The notes below the pieces were generated by a model. The model made no database searches. It was not told the DNA's origin and was given only the letters and a program-made list of their open reading frames with translations. 64,000 nucleotides of DNA from Bispira polyomma (Eukaryota), in NCBI GenBank assembly GCA_965649765.1, contig OZ287753.1:69750001-69814000 (forward strand), read 5' to 3'. Shown piece by piece: positions 35,716 through 48,390 of the stretch; positions within the stretch are counted from its first letter, which is position 1; each line of letters begins with the position of its first letter. The position numbers and the translations under genes were made by a program.

Positions 35716-37800
35716 TAATAATAATAATAATAATAATAGAAGCATTTATAAAGTGCAAAATTGATAAAAATCCTCTAATGCGCTGAATTCCAAAAAGTAA
35801 TTGTCCTTTATCAAGATAAGGTTGTTAGCAAGTGAGCGCCAACTGGGAAGTAACTAAGGTGGAGGATATGGCAGTCTGAACAAGTGAGTCATGAGCTGGC
35901 TTCGAAAACCTGAACATTTTGGACTCTCTGGAGTTTGGCAATATTAGCCTTACTGACCCCGTATAGTAAAGAGTTGCAGTAGTCCAAGCGACTGCTGACC
36001 ATAGCATTTGGCACCAGAACTGCAGTATCAGCCCTAAGAAATCTACGAATTTGTTGCAAGTCACGTAGATGATAGTAACAGGCACGACAGACCTTGGCAA
36101 TATTTTTGTTAAAGGAGTTGTCTGAGTCAAAGATGACACCCAGGTTTTTTACCTCCACTGATGGAGTGATATTGTTCTGGAGGAATGAAATAGAAAATTT
36201 TGGTGTAAGTGATTCTGTGGTGGGTTTGTTACCTATAATAATTTTTGGTTAAGTTTTAATTTTTCACAATCCATCCACTCCTGGACTGATTTTAAACAGT
36301 CAGTGAGCTCGGCAATACTGCCGTCAAAGTTCTGGAGTCCAGAACTAAGTATATCGGTGTGTCATCAGCATACAGGTGATGGGTAACATTAAACTTTGAA
36401 ATGACTTGACTGAAGGGGGTATTGTAAAGGGTGAAAAGCAGAGGACCCAAGACTGAACATTGGGGAACACCGAAGGGGAGCAGAAAGACCATAGAAAAAC
36501 TGCTACCAATTTTTATTTTTTATTTATGGCCTAGGAGGTAGGACTTGATCCACCGTAATACAGTCGCATCAATTCCAAACCAGTCTGATAAACAGTCATA
36601 TAAAATTGATTGATTGGTGTTAAAAGCTGCAGAGAGGACCACCCCCCTTTTGAGCAAGTCCTGCTCAGATACTGGTGTAAAAGTAGACAAAGTGTGTTTT
36701 ATGAGATGAGGTCTAGTGATCGCCGCTGATAATGAAGACTGTAAGGTGGACCTAATCTTGACTATTTTCTCAAAAAAGAAATTACCAAAAGTGTGAGCCA
36801 AGTCGCCAAGGTTTGTTTAGTCTGGCAAAACAACTGCCGAGGACTTATGTAGAATGGTTTTACAACATTTTCATACTGCGTTTGGGTTTCCCTGATTTTC
36901 AGCAACAGTGTTTGAGTAGTGGCTGCATTTGAACCACTCCAGAAGGTAGTTGTAGTGATTAACCGCAACACGGTATCTGCTACAATTACTCACAGAGTTT
37001 TCGCAGCACCACGCACGCTCATGTTTCCTCTTGAGATGTTTTGCAGCAAGAATGTTGTTGTTCATGAATCCAGCCTCAGGATGCTTTTGGTACACTCTTC
37101 CTCTTGATTGGGGCATGCTTGTCAAGGAGGTTATGCAGGGTAGTAAAATATTGACAGATGAGAAGACTAGCTGTTTTTTGTGGACATCTAATTTGGTCAG
37201 AATGACCTAAAGTCTGAGATATTTGTTTTATGAATACGACCTAAAGTCTGAGATATTTGTTTTATGAATTCTCCGAAAGTTGACTGGTCGGAAATTACAG
37301 AACTCTGTAACTGGAATAGCAACAGTAAAGGGGATTGCCAGGTGATCTGATAAACCGCCTACAGCTTTTGAGCAAACAGAGATGTGTGGCAGAAGTGCTT
37401 TGTATTGATCATGTTGATCAGAACCTACGTCTTGTTCTTCCTCTTCTGCCCACCTTTTCTTGAACATCTCGAGTCTCTGCCTCTATGAGACCTCTTATTC
37501 CTGTTCCTTTAATGTCTTGCCAGTAAACCTTAAAGACCTCCGGCTATATCTATAACCATCTTTTTTACTTGACTGAACAATAAAAACTGTCTGGATACAT
37601 GTTCTCAGCCCCTTTATATATGTTTTGGGAGGCAATCTGGAGGTTTTCAGGTCCCCTAGAGTGTCAAGGCCCAGGAGTTGGTCGGCGACAGCAGGGAGGG
37701 GGGAAATATCCTTGGGTACAAAAAATGGCTTCTGGTGTTGGTCGCTACCGGCTGGAACGACTTATCTTGGTCAGTCGGGGAGGTCAGGGTCATAGATATT
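35716..37800 (-). mobile_element. L2-type LINE with internal deletions
   Basis: [32 protein letters not shown] and SRLDYCNSLL; (taa)n tail at 35716-35737; 34-bp tandem duplication at 37204/37238. Confidence 0.85.
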
Positions 37801-38412
37801 TGATTCTGGCAACTAATGTGGCCGATTTATTGCAATGTAAAAAATAAGTGGAGCCTTGTGAACAGCTTATCTTTACAGTCGTTAACCAATACGTGTATAC
37901 CCTGATGATGCAGATTTTTCCTGGCTTTTCGACACACATTAGGGCAAAATTCCTACGATTGACCTCAATCACATTATTGGGGCCTCTCCCTGACTAGTCT
38001 TGATAGTGAAACAGTACCTTTAAGGTCATATGTTATGGTTGGGGAAACAATGTATTAATAAAGACAATACTTTAAACAGTACATGACATGTAATAAAACC
38101 ATGTCATATGATACAAAACTACAAGAATACAAACTGATACCACACTAAAATTGGATTTCGTTCACAATAACATCACCAAAATTTTTATTCTATTTAAGTC
38201 AACAGGTTTTATCTGTGGGATACATTATCTTATGTGTGTCAGTTGTGATGTATGAGTGACTATGACCAGACCTGGTATAATCAACCAGTAAACTGTATCC
38301 CATGGGATTGTAACTGACACGGGGTTGACTTTCCTGGTTTTGACCATGAGTGACAATAATTGGATATTCAGTGGTACCCATATGGCTGTGACACATGGCA
38401 GGGTGATGGTTT

Positions 38413-38448
38413 TGATGATGATGATGATGATGATGATTATGATGATGG
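38413..38448. repeat. (GAT)n microsatellite
   Basis: tgatgatgatgatgatgatgattatgatgatg. Confidence 0.9.
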
Positions 38449-38488
38449 TGTTGATTGTGTTGTTCGAGATAGGGGATGTGATATTGAT

Positions 38489-39266
38489 TGTTACATATAA
38501 GGACATTGTGGTATGTTAAAGCACTCTGCTAGAGTGATCTATTTATAGAATTGGGGAAACCCCTAAGCTTCTAGAAGCTGGTTCTATTTTGTTTCTGTTG
38601 TTATTGAAGTTATTATAAATTGTTTACAATTTTATTCTGGAAAGTTGTAGCGATTGTTGTTTACATTCTTTAGCAGTGGTATATATAAGGGTTGACAGCC
38701 TGGCCACAGAGTAGAGTTTATTGAGTTGGTGTGCTATATGAACTGCTATACTGTGAAACAGATTATTTCTTTTCCTGTGGATGTTAACTGATTACTATAT
38801 ATGTTTTTTGTGGTGAACTCATTGGAGTGAACTAGATAAAAGTTGTGGATCTACCAGAGATTTGATTTACTGCATATTGGATATTGTTTGCATCCTGGAC
38901 TGGATAGCTTAGTTATGCAGACTCTCTGAATATATACATTTTGTGATCGTGGACACTGGACGGATATCAGGCTACAGGAATTGTGTGTAGTGAACACTGA
39001 GCGGATCTCAAGACAGATTGTTGGATACAGTGGAAAACTTGTTTAATTGTTATTTATGTGGACAGGACAGTGGTCCGGTCAGATTGGTTTCATTATTGTA
39101 TGAACTATTAAGAGTATCTCAGTTGACTGTAATTCTGTTATTCTGTAATTGTGTAATTGTTATTTTATTTGTTAAATAAATTTGTTAAGTGAAATTTTTG
39201 TCTTTTCCTGTTACAACCTAAAAGCAACCGGTAATTGCTACCGCTCTTGTTCCCGTAATCGTAACA
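38489..39266 (+). mobile_element. Solo LTR (778 bp)
   Basis: TGTTAC...GTAACA termini, perfect 5-bp TSD ttgat (38484-38488 and 39267-39271), TATA at ~38680, AATAAA at ~39175. Confidence 0.9.
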
Positions 39267-39894
39267 TTGATAAGCTGATGTGTTGTGTCTGTGATAACTA
39301 GTCTGTTACTGGTCACCCAATCTCTAGATTTGTTTGTGTACAGTGAAAGGTATATTGTGTATTCCAAAGCAAATGTACAACATTATTCTGTTTAATCCTT
39401 GCAACATTGCCACTGTGGTTATACCTTGTGTTTTTGTTTCCGACATTAATTTTCCCTGAGTTAATTCCACCAGTAGTAGGAGTGTCATTAATAGGATCAC
39501 TGTCAAACAAGAAAAAAGTTTATTTCTCTTTAACTGTAAATAAACCTCTAGCACTGTGATCAGCCACCAACATGTTATTTTGTTTTAGCTATGGTTTCAG
39601 TTGATTGTTTTTGTAATAGACATGTCCCAATAAGAGGTGTACTATTCCATACACCGGGGTATTCTTTGTAACATTGGTAAAAAGTCCAGAATTTACATAA
39701 TTGAAATAGTTTATTTGAATGTCTGGTGTGCTGGGTTTTGAGAGATCGCTACTGTAAAACTTTAAAAGTTAGCTGCAATGAATTGTCACTGTGTCACCCC
39801 TTTTAACACTTTTACTGGAATTGATTTTCACTCTTTAAGTTTTTCATTTTAAAAAGTATTGGATATTTTATTTTTATTTTGTCTGACTTACAAA

Positions 39895-40995
39895 TGCTGA
39901 AATTCGGTGTACCGCAAGGGTCTGTGCTTGGACAACTCCTATTTTTATTATACACTACACCCCTTAGCAAAATTATTTCCACCTATTCTTCTCTGAAGTA
40001 TCACTTCTATGCAGATGATACATAGATCTACTTGCACCTTACTCCAAATACATCAATCAGTGCCCTGGAAGTCCTTCAGAAATGCTTAGCAGATGTTCAC
40101 AATTGGATGGCGCTAATAAGCTCAAGCTGAATCCTGATACAACCAAAATCCTTTTGTTTAGCTTGGGCACTCAATGTGCTGAATTGTCAAATTTTATTCC
40201 AGTAAACATTCTTGGGACACTGTTATCCCCAACCAATAAAGTGAGGAACTTGGGAGTTTTGTTTGATAGTGATTTTTGCTTCTTCTGTCATATCCAATCA
40301 GTGTGTAAGTCATGCTTCATGGGACTTAGAGACCGTAGGAGAATAGGGAGATACCTTCTAAAATTGGTTGCAATTACTGCAGCAAATGCTCTGCTAGGCA
40401 AAATCACTGTGTCGTAGTTTCGACCAAAAAGGGCCTAAACAATTTGCAATGCATCCAGAATCTATTGGCACGTTTTGTAAGTTGTTCTGCTCGGCTTTCA
40501 CGTGCCTCACTGATTCTCAGGTCACTCCACTGTTAGGTTTTGGTGTGTTCTTAAAACTGCTACTATAGTACAAAAGTTTGTTGATTCGGGTTTGCCTGAA
40601 TACTTTGAACCACACTTGTGTTACTACAAGTGTAATTTTGATACTAGACGAGCTGCTCCAAAAAATAGATTCCTTCTCCCAAAATATAAGTCCAAAGTGC
40701 ACAGTTTAAAGGTTAACTTTGATAAAAGTTTTGCAAATAATGCTCCTACCCTATTGACTAGTTTACCTCAACATATTAAAACAGCTCCATCCCTGTATTC
40801 CTTCCAGTTCAGTTTAAAGACCTATCTGTTCAATGATGCATAACCGTCCATAGTATCTTTCCTGTTCTTATTGGACGAATTGATGACAACTTCATTCTGT
40901 TAATCATCAATGCTTTTTGGCTATGGTTTTTTGAACCTTAGAATTCGATACAACGCAAATAAGAGCTAAAAAAAAGTCTGATATATTATTATTAT
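39895..40995 (+). mobile_element. 5'-truncated L2-type LINE
   Basis: [37 protein letters not shown] and FSLKTYLF; (tat)n tail. Confidence 0.85.
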
Positions 40996-41060
40996 GAGTA
41001 CATATCTGTTAAAGAGCTACTGAGGTATATTTTCATGTAAAAGACACGTGACGGTAAGAT

Positions 41061-41384
41061 ATGAGCCTGTATGGCAAAACTTTATTTGTCACCCTACTGA
41101 GAGAAACTCAGAACTCATTTGAAGATCTTGTTAATGTGCTGAGACGTCCAACAGAAGCTGGCCATGTTGTACACAATCCTTCAGTACAAGGCTGTACAAG
41201 ACAATTACCAGTTCAGGATAGGATACTCATTACACTTGTATGGCTAAGGCAATATTCCACGGTACATTCTTTGGCTACACTTTGCATTGTTACTCGTTCT
41301 TACATACAAAGAGAATTGCTGCATGTACTTTGTAGACTTCACCAGGAATTTATGCCAACTCTCGCACCTTGGCATTCCCCATAA
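41061..41384 (+). mobile_element. Harbinger/ISL2EU-type transposase HTH fragment
   Basis: LPVQDRILITLVWLRQYSTVHSLATL resembles the HTH that precedes DDE_Tnp_4 domains. Confidence 0.65.
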
Positions 41385-42559
41385 AAGGTGACTACAGATG
41401 TCCAAAAAATTTATTAACTAATTATGGGAAAGGAATATATTTACTATGCATTTGTATATGCAAAAAACATAGCAACATTAAAAAATAGCTTATTTGCTAT
41501 ATATCTGCCAACAAGTCTTATCTTGAGATATTTAAGAAATAAGTAAAACAGATATAAAACATCACATATTTTAAAAATTAATGGTAATGTTTTAATGTAT
41601 TTTGTTGTTTTAATGGTTTTATGTCTTAAATGTTAATATCTTTGTATACTATTTCTTAAATAAAGATCCTAAATCAACTATCTATCAATATATAATCTTG
41701 GGGAAAGACATGTTCATAAAAAGTTCATCAATCTCAAAAATCAATGAAATTTAATTCAAATTTCCGTCCATTATCCGAAAAAAATCTGTAATTGATAGAT
41801 TTTCAAAATTCGGCTCCGGAATCTGAGGTGACGTTGGCCAGGTGTGCTACTTCTCTATTTTATCATATTTAAATTTTTTCGGACAACGGAAACGTACATC
41901 GGATGAAGGATTCGGAAGCAAAGTTGGCTAGGTATATTCACCCCCTAACAGTTTTATACAGTAGACAAAATCTGTTTGACCAGAATCTTGTGCTAAAATT
42001 CAATTGAACTGTTGGTGTAACATAAAATCTCATTCCTTCCTAAATTACTTTCTCATAACTATTTTGGTGCAAAAATTAAATTTGAATGCTTTAAGTTTAT
42101 TGTTAGCCTTAATTGATAAATTTTCTAGTGAAACTAGAAACTGAAATAAATAATACATGCACAGTTATTTCTAACCATGAGATTTAAAAATTCAAAAGGG
42201 ATTTTACACTTTGTTATATCACCTTCATGGTAAGCATATCGAGTTGATAAATTAAATGGGGATGCAGAATTTATGAGAGGATGTACAAATATTACACCTG
42301 CCTTGTCATCTCACTTTTAAATCACAATATATTTTAATTAAAATGCCATTCACACAAGACTAATAAGCCATCCACAACTTGTGGAGGCACCCCAATTACT
42401 CTGACAAATCATGGTCGGCGGAAACCTCAAAATGCCCAAGATTATTACCTATGAACCCTATGTATAGGTTGCTCAACTCAAATCCAGGCAGATTTAATTG
42501 TCAAGATGGTTCTACAAATAGTAATAGGGATAATGAGGGTACTTCAAGTTTGAATGGCT

Positions 42560-43370
42560 TCAATGCGACTGCAAGTTATAGATTTTCTTACATTTGCGAA
42601 CAAGAATAGACATGTTAAGAAGAGAGACAGACACAGAAAATACAGGCCAAGGAAAAGTTAAGGAACAGCCAGACGTCAATTCTGGGCGAAGTCATGACTC
42701 AAGCAACGTGAGGAACATGAGCATTACTCTGCACTTCTCCCCTGCCTGGACCTACAAGATCGGGAGTCATACCGTAACTTCCTCAGAATGTCCCTCGATA
42801 CATTCCAAGAGATGGAGAAGAGGGTGATGCATAGGACCGAGAAGCAGGCCACCTGGTTTAGGAAGCAACTGTCCCTTGGACTGAAGATCCTCATAACATT
42901 GAGACATTTGCCACTGGGGAGACCTACAGTTCTCTACATTACTCCTTTGCAGTTAGGAGGTCTACCATAACCAAGTTGGTCCTCCAGGTGTGCCAGGTAA
43001 TCATTGATGAATACCAGGAGGAATTCATGTCTTGGCTGACAAGTCCATAGGTCTCTAAGAAGGTGGCGGCTCAGTATAGGCAGATGTGGAATGTGCCTAA
43101 CGTTATGGGCTCCATAGATAGAAAACACTTTGCAATTAGATGCCCAAGGAAAGGGAGGAGTGAATACTTTAATTACAAGAGGTTTCACTCGATTGTTTGC
43201 TAGCTTTGGTTCCTCTGGGTGGACCTTTAATCTGGGTGAAACTTGGACCAAGATGTTTCAGTTCAAATGCACCTATCTTCAATCAATCTGAACTGAAACA
43301 GGGGATAGAAGATCACTCAATCAACTTCCCCCCTCCTGAAGCCATAATCCCTTTTAGCTCCCCCCCCCCC
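42560..43370 (+). mobile_element. PIF/Harbinger transposase pseudogene
   Basis: MSLDTFQE..TWFRKQLSLGLKILITLRHL and WNVPNVMGSIDRKHFAIRCPRKGRSEYFNYKRFHSIV. Confidence 0.85.
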
Positions 43371-43399
43371 CCGGGTTGTGGATAATTAATTTTGAATAC

Positions 43400-44121
43400 T
43401 AGTCCAGAGGTTTCATGTGTTGCTGTCAACAATGCAAAAAAATCCAACAGTGGTATCCACTGTAAGCATGGCCTATGTGGCAACGGTATGGACTTCTTCA
43501 TCTCTGTGTCAGATTGGGACCCGTTGGTGTTTGGGACCTATGACAAGCAGAAGCAGAGGCATGTGGTATGGGCTTGAAGCCAGCCGTCCTGTTCACTTGG
43601 TGGATGATGTGAGGCCGCAGGAACTTCACCCAGTTCTGTCTGTCCATCAACTCAGGGGGGCTTGACCTGACTTTGGCACACTCAGCTTCCCGTAGATGGT
43701 GTGCTGGGACCAGAACCACTTCTTGACATCCCCAGCATCAAGCCCCCTGGCCCTGCAGAACTCCAGCCAGGCCACGTTCTTCTTCTGGTTGTTCTTGTAG
43801 TCAGTGTGGCGTTTGCTGTATAGCCACTTGTGGTCTTTGAGGAAGTTGATGACAGCCTCCTCCTGTTCGTTGGTCAGTAGCACTGTCTTCATCTGCTTCT
43901 TTCTCTGCTTGCTTAAAAGGACCGCAACCTCGGCATCACCAGTTGAATCTTGTCCCTCTGTATCTTGGGTCTGTGTATTGCAGGGATGTGAACTGAGATA
44001 ACTGGGTCTCCTGTACCACAGTCAGAGCCTCTTTAGGACTGTCAACATCAAACTCCCTATTCTCCTCCTCCTCATCATAAGTCGCCATTTTCCTCTTTCT
44101 TCACCTCATTTTGGGTGGCAT
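43400..44121 (-). pseudogene. Harbinger partner gene: MADF/Myb-SANT DNA-binding protein, convergent with the transposase
   Basis: EEAVINFLKDHKWLYSKRHTDYKNNQKKNVAW..VKKWFWSQHTIYGKL..KSGQ..FLRPHI. Confidence 0.85.
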
Positions 44122-46472
44122 ATTTAAGCAAAAAAACGTACAATATAAAAACTTTAAAACTTCTAACTCACAACATAAAAGCAAATACCTAAACTTATAA
44201 TATATATTGCCAGTTGAATTGCCAGTTGATGATGTGTACTCTTCGCTGATAAAAAGTAAATGAGGTGAAGATTATTGTCACGGCATCCTTTTATATGTTT
44301 CTCGTCCTCCAATTTGACTCATGAACGAATAAAATACACTCTTGAGTTATCATTGTCAGCCTCATGTTGTCTTCCATGTTCCTGAGTTATCCTTATACTC
44401 AGGGGTTTGTTCTCAAGCTATCGGAAGCCACACCTGGGTTATTATTACACTCCAACAACTTACCCTTAGCACATGACAACATAACTAGGGGCCAACGGCC
44501 GATAAGTCGGTAGCTTCCGAACCTATCGTTAGGGACTAGGCTATTACTCGGAATGGTTTTGTTGGAAATTGCTCCCGATTTAAGTCCTGGGCAGGACGAT
44601 TGTTAAGATAGGTAGTTAGGGCCTAACAATAAGTTGTTGCAAGCTCCCGATTGGTCCCAAGTTATCAGCCTTGTGTCACCCAATCACAAAGGTTTTCAAA
44701 CCCGAGCGAGTGGTCCGATTGCCCACGATAGCTAAAGATAACTCAGGATGAACTCCCAATCCTCCTGATTATACCCCCAAGTGGCTCCCGACCCGTCTGG
44801 AGCTATGAACAGCTAAGTGGAACAGGGGTATTAGGAGTTAAATTTACTGGTTCCTCATGTTGGCTAAATCTATGAGATATTTTCTGTAGTTCACATAACA
44901 AAAATGTATCTATGTTAATAACATCACTTGTAACCTTGTTATATGTATCTTGACTGGTTGAGCACTGTACTTGGGATGCAGTATGGTATGCCCGACCCTC
45001 AGATTTGTTTTTAAAAATAAGGAATGTTACTTGCCTGACAAGTGCCCTGAGAAGTTTATGAATGCTATTGGGGTAGCCCTGCATTGTTTATCTAATTCTG
45101 GGGCTCGAATATAGAAAATGCAGGAAATGTTTGCTAAGATAAAATCAAATTTGTTCATTTTAGTAAAACATGGCATACATGAAAAATATTAATGAAATAA
45201 TAATGTTAGTATAAAGACACTTTTTGCTTTATGGGTATTGATAAATGTATGTGTACATGTATTCGGAGGATTCAGACCCACATTGGCAAGAGACCAGTAT
45301 GTGAAGTGAATGATTCTAACCGATAGGCCACCTCCATTCCCCACGTTGTTACATGGTAACTATGTAGATAAAGTTGTTATTAGTAACAGGAGATACCTAA
45401 AAGACACCAACAATTATCCCCAATGTGTGAGTTACTAAAGGGTGGATCACACTTTCACGACCTAAACTTGTGATTCCCATGCAAACTATGTGTTCTACAA
45501 ATCGTAATCGTCAGCACCGAACGGGCCTGCATTTTAACGTTCGTCAAGCGTTCTCAACCTAAACCAATGACAACTCATACTTTATGTGATTAATGTGACA
45601 ATTGTGAGTTTGTGTTACGATTTCACTAAACTAGCATGAATTTTAACGTTCCCATGTTATATGGTTTCCATATTACCTTATAAATGATGAAAGATAAAGT
45701 TGTGATGTATTTTAAAGTCATTTGAAATGGTTGGAACACCCTTTAAGATGCACCCCATCTATATATATATCTGCCCCCGCGATCTAATTTGGCGTGCATG
45801 GGGCTTACATTGTAGGAGCTTCATTCGAATCGGGCGATCGCTACACCTTTACTACACGGTTTATTGCAAATGGAGCGATCACTACACCCCTCCTTGCTTT
45901 GCATTCGAGCTTGCATTTTACGCATATGCAATACAGACTAAAGTCATTTTTGGGGCGATTATAGTGACCGGCTTCCCACAGCATTCTCACAGCAAACGCA
46001 TGGACATTTCTTTCACCGAACACATAGGTGTGGGCCATACATAAAGCTTTATAGGTCATATTCTTACATAAAACAGTTGACAGTTTACGTTATAGGGTAT
46101 GGAAAATTTGCATAAATTTAAATTTATGAAAAATATATTTCTCTTTAATACATTAAGGGCAACCATTCGAGTAAACATTTGAAGAGCTTTGATACAAAGA
46201 AATACAAAGACATTTACTTTACTGTAAAATAAAAGCTCTGAAATAAAATATTTTAAAAGCCTTCAATACAAAGACCTCTTGTCTAGTGAAGTCTTTTGGT
46301 TACATTAAGGGTGACAATTCAAGTAAACACTTTTTTCTTAATAAGAATGGTTCAAATTTAGTAGGATATTTAACAAAAAGTTATATTTCCCAATTATGGT
46401 CTCCTCCTGTGAGTGGCAGTCAGACTTAATATTTACAAATAAAAAAAAAATCTTCATCTTTCACTTCTGTTA

Positions 46473-47708
46473 GCCAACGCTTCCTTTCAGCACATTCCGA
46501 GGTCGGCCGATTTAAAGTTGTCCAATCCGATCCGACGTCGGCAGATATTGTGCTTCCTTTCATCAAATATATACTAAAAATTCGTCGGATAATAATGTTG
46601 AAAATGCCTTGAGAAAGCTTTTTTTATTGTAATTACAGTGTTTTTTTCCACCAAAATTCGTTGAGAAACGGCTAAGATATATACAGTTAAGCAGGGGTAC
46701 CCATTTTTACTTCCTGGTGTGTAAGTTGTGACGTAGCTGCAAAACTGACGTCATTGTGACGGTGCTATGATGTACCATAAGTAGTAGAAGAATAAGTTAA
46801 ATGGGGTACCCGTCTATAAACTTTAATATCTGAGCCATTACTAAAGTGGGGCTTCCACATTCAGGATTTGCTCCCCGACCTTCCCGACTTTGAGGTCCGG
46901 GACACGTACGGGGAGGTCGAAGAGCAAAACGGGGTGGTAGGGAAGGTCGGGAAGAATATCAAAAAAGTTAGATATTTTGAAAATGGTCCCGACTTTTAGT
47001 CCCTGACCTCAAAGTCGGGACCACCAATACGTTCGATCCTATTGGCGATACGTTCTGTCGGATAGGTCTTAATATCACTCCCGGCCTGTCCTAACGCTGG
47101 CCCGTCGAAACGTATAGGTCGGGGGGGGGGGGGGGGGGGTGAAAACGGAGCGGTCAGGAAGAATTGTATGTATGAAAACACATATAAAAGCCTTTTTTGT
47201 CAGTCTCGATAACGGAAATCAGTTTAAAAGTGGTTTAGCTTTGCGACATTGAACCCACTTCTTGTACAGTTAATGTACGCGAACGATGAATTTATTTGCT
47301 GTTATTTACAACAAACTTTCATCAAAAATGAGGTCTAAACAGGTAATATTTCTTTTATTTCATTAAATACACCTCATTTGTCATCTATATTTATATACAA
47401 TAATAGTCACAACTTCGACTTTTATATCTTCGATCTTTAATTTTCAACGTAAACACCCGACGAATATTAAGTATATATCAGATAAAAACCATACACATGT
47501 CAGTGTTTTTGTAGCCATTTTTGTTTTAAAATCGGACAGTCCTCCCAATTTTTTTCGCTCCCTGAGAGATAAAATCGGTTGGCTGAAAAGACGTTGGATC
47601 GGATCTAATGTAAATCTGCTGAAAGGAAGCACTTGGTAGTATTGTGTAATGAGGGGAAAAATCGGCCGGCGTCGGCCGATAAAAACATGCTGAAAGGAAG
47701 CTTTGGGC
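46473..47708 (-). mobile_element. Harbinger-type MITE copy A, carrying an internal insertion at ~46843-47450
   Basis: TIR core gcttcctttcag / ctgaaaggaagc; TTA flanks; inverted homology to 47753-51058. Confidence 0.75.
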
Positions 47709-48390
47709 TTACTGGGACATGTCATAGAAAAGATCACAATTTACATATCTAAGCCTACGCTTCCTTTCAGAATGTTTTATTCTGCCGACATCGGCCGATT
47801 TTTTCGCTCATTACACAATACTACCAAGCGCTTCCTTTCAGCATATTTGCATCAGATCAGATCAGACGTCCGCCGACGTTTGTTGAGCCAACATATTTTA
47901 TCAGTCAGGGAGGGGAAAATCGGGAGGACTGACCAATTTTGAAATAAAAATAGCTGCAAAAACGCTATCATAGGTAGAGTTTTCATCCCATACATACTAA
48001 ATATTCGTTGTATGTTAAACTTTAAAATGGCATGAGAAAGCTTATTTTATTATGATTACTGTACTTTTTTCCACACAAAAATTCGTTGAGAGACGGCCCA
48101 GATAATAAAGTTTATAGAAGAGTACCCCACTTAACTTCCTCCTTATAGTGTAAATTATACGTCACAAAACGTCATAATGACGTCAGTTTTGTACCTACGC
48201 CACAGCTTACACACGAGGAAGTAAAAATGGGTAGCCTCACTTAACCGTTCATATCTGAGCCGTTTCTAAACGAATTTTGGTGGGAAAAAAACACACTGTA
48301 ATCACAATAAAAAAAGCTTTCTTATTCCATTTTCAACATTAACATCCGACGAACTTTTAGTATATATCTGATGAAAGGAAGCACAACATA

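Noticed and set aside
38031-38172. Short TG..CA segment as a second solo LTR
   Set aside because: Flanks tcata/tcacc are not a convincing TSD and the length is atypical
38225-38519. Poly-Ile and poly-Met ORFs
   Set aside because: Artefacts of the (GAT)n microsatellite
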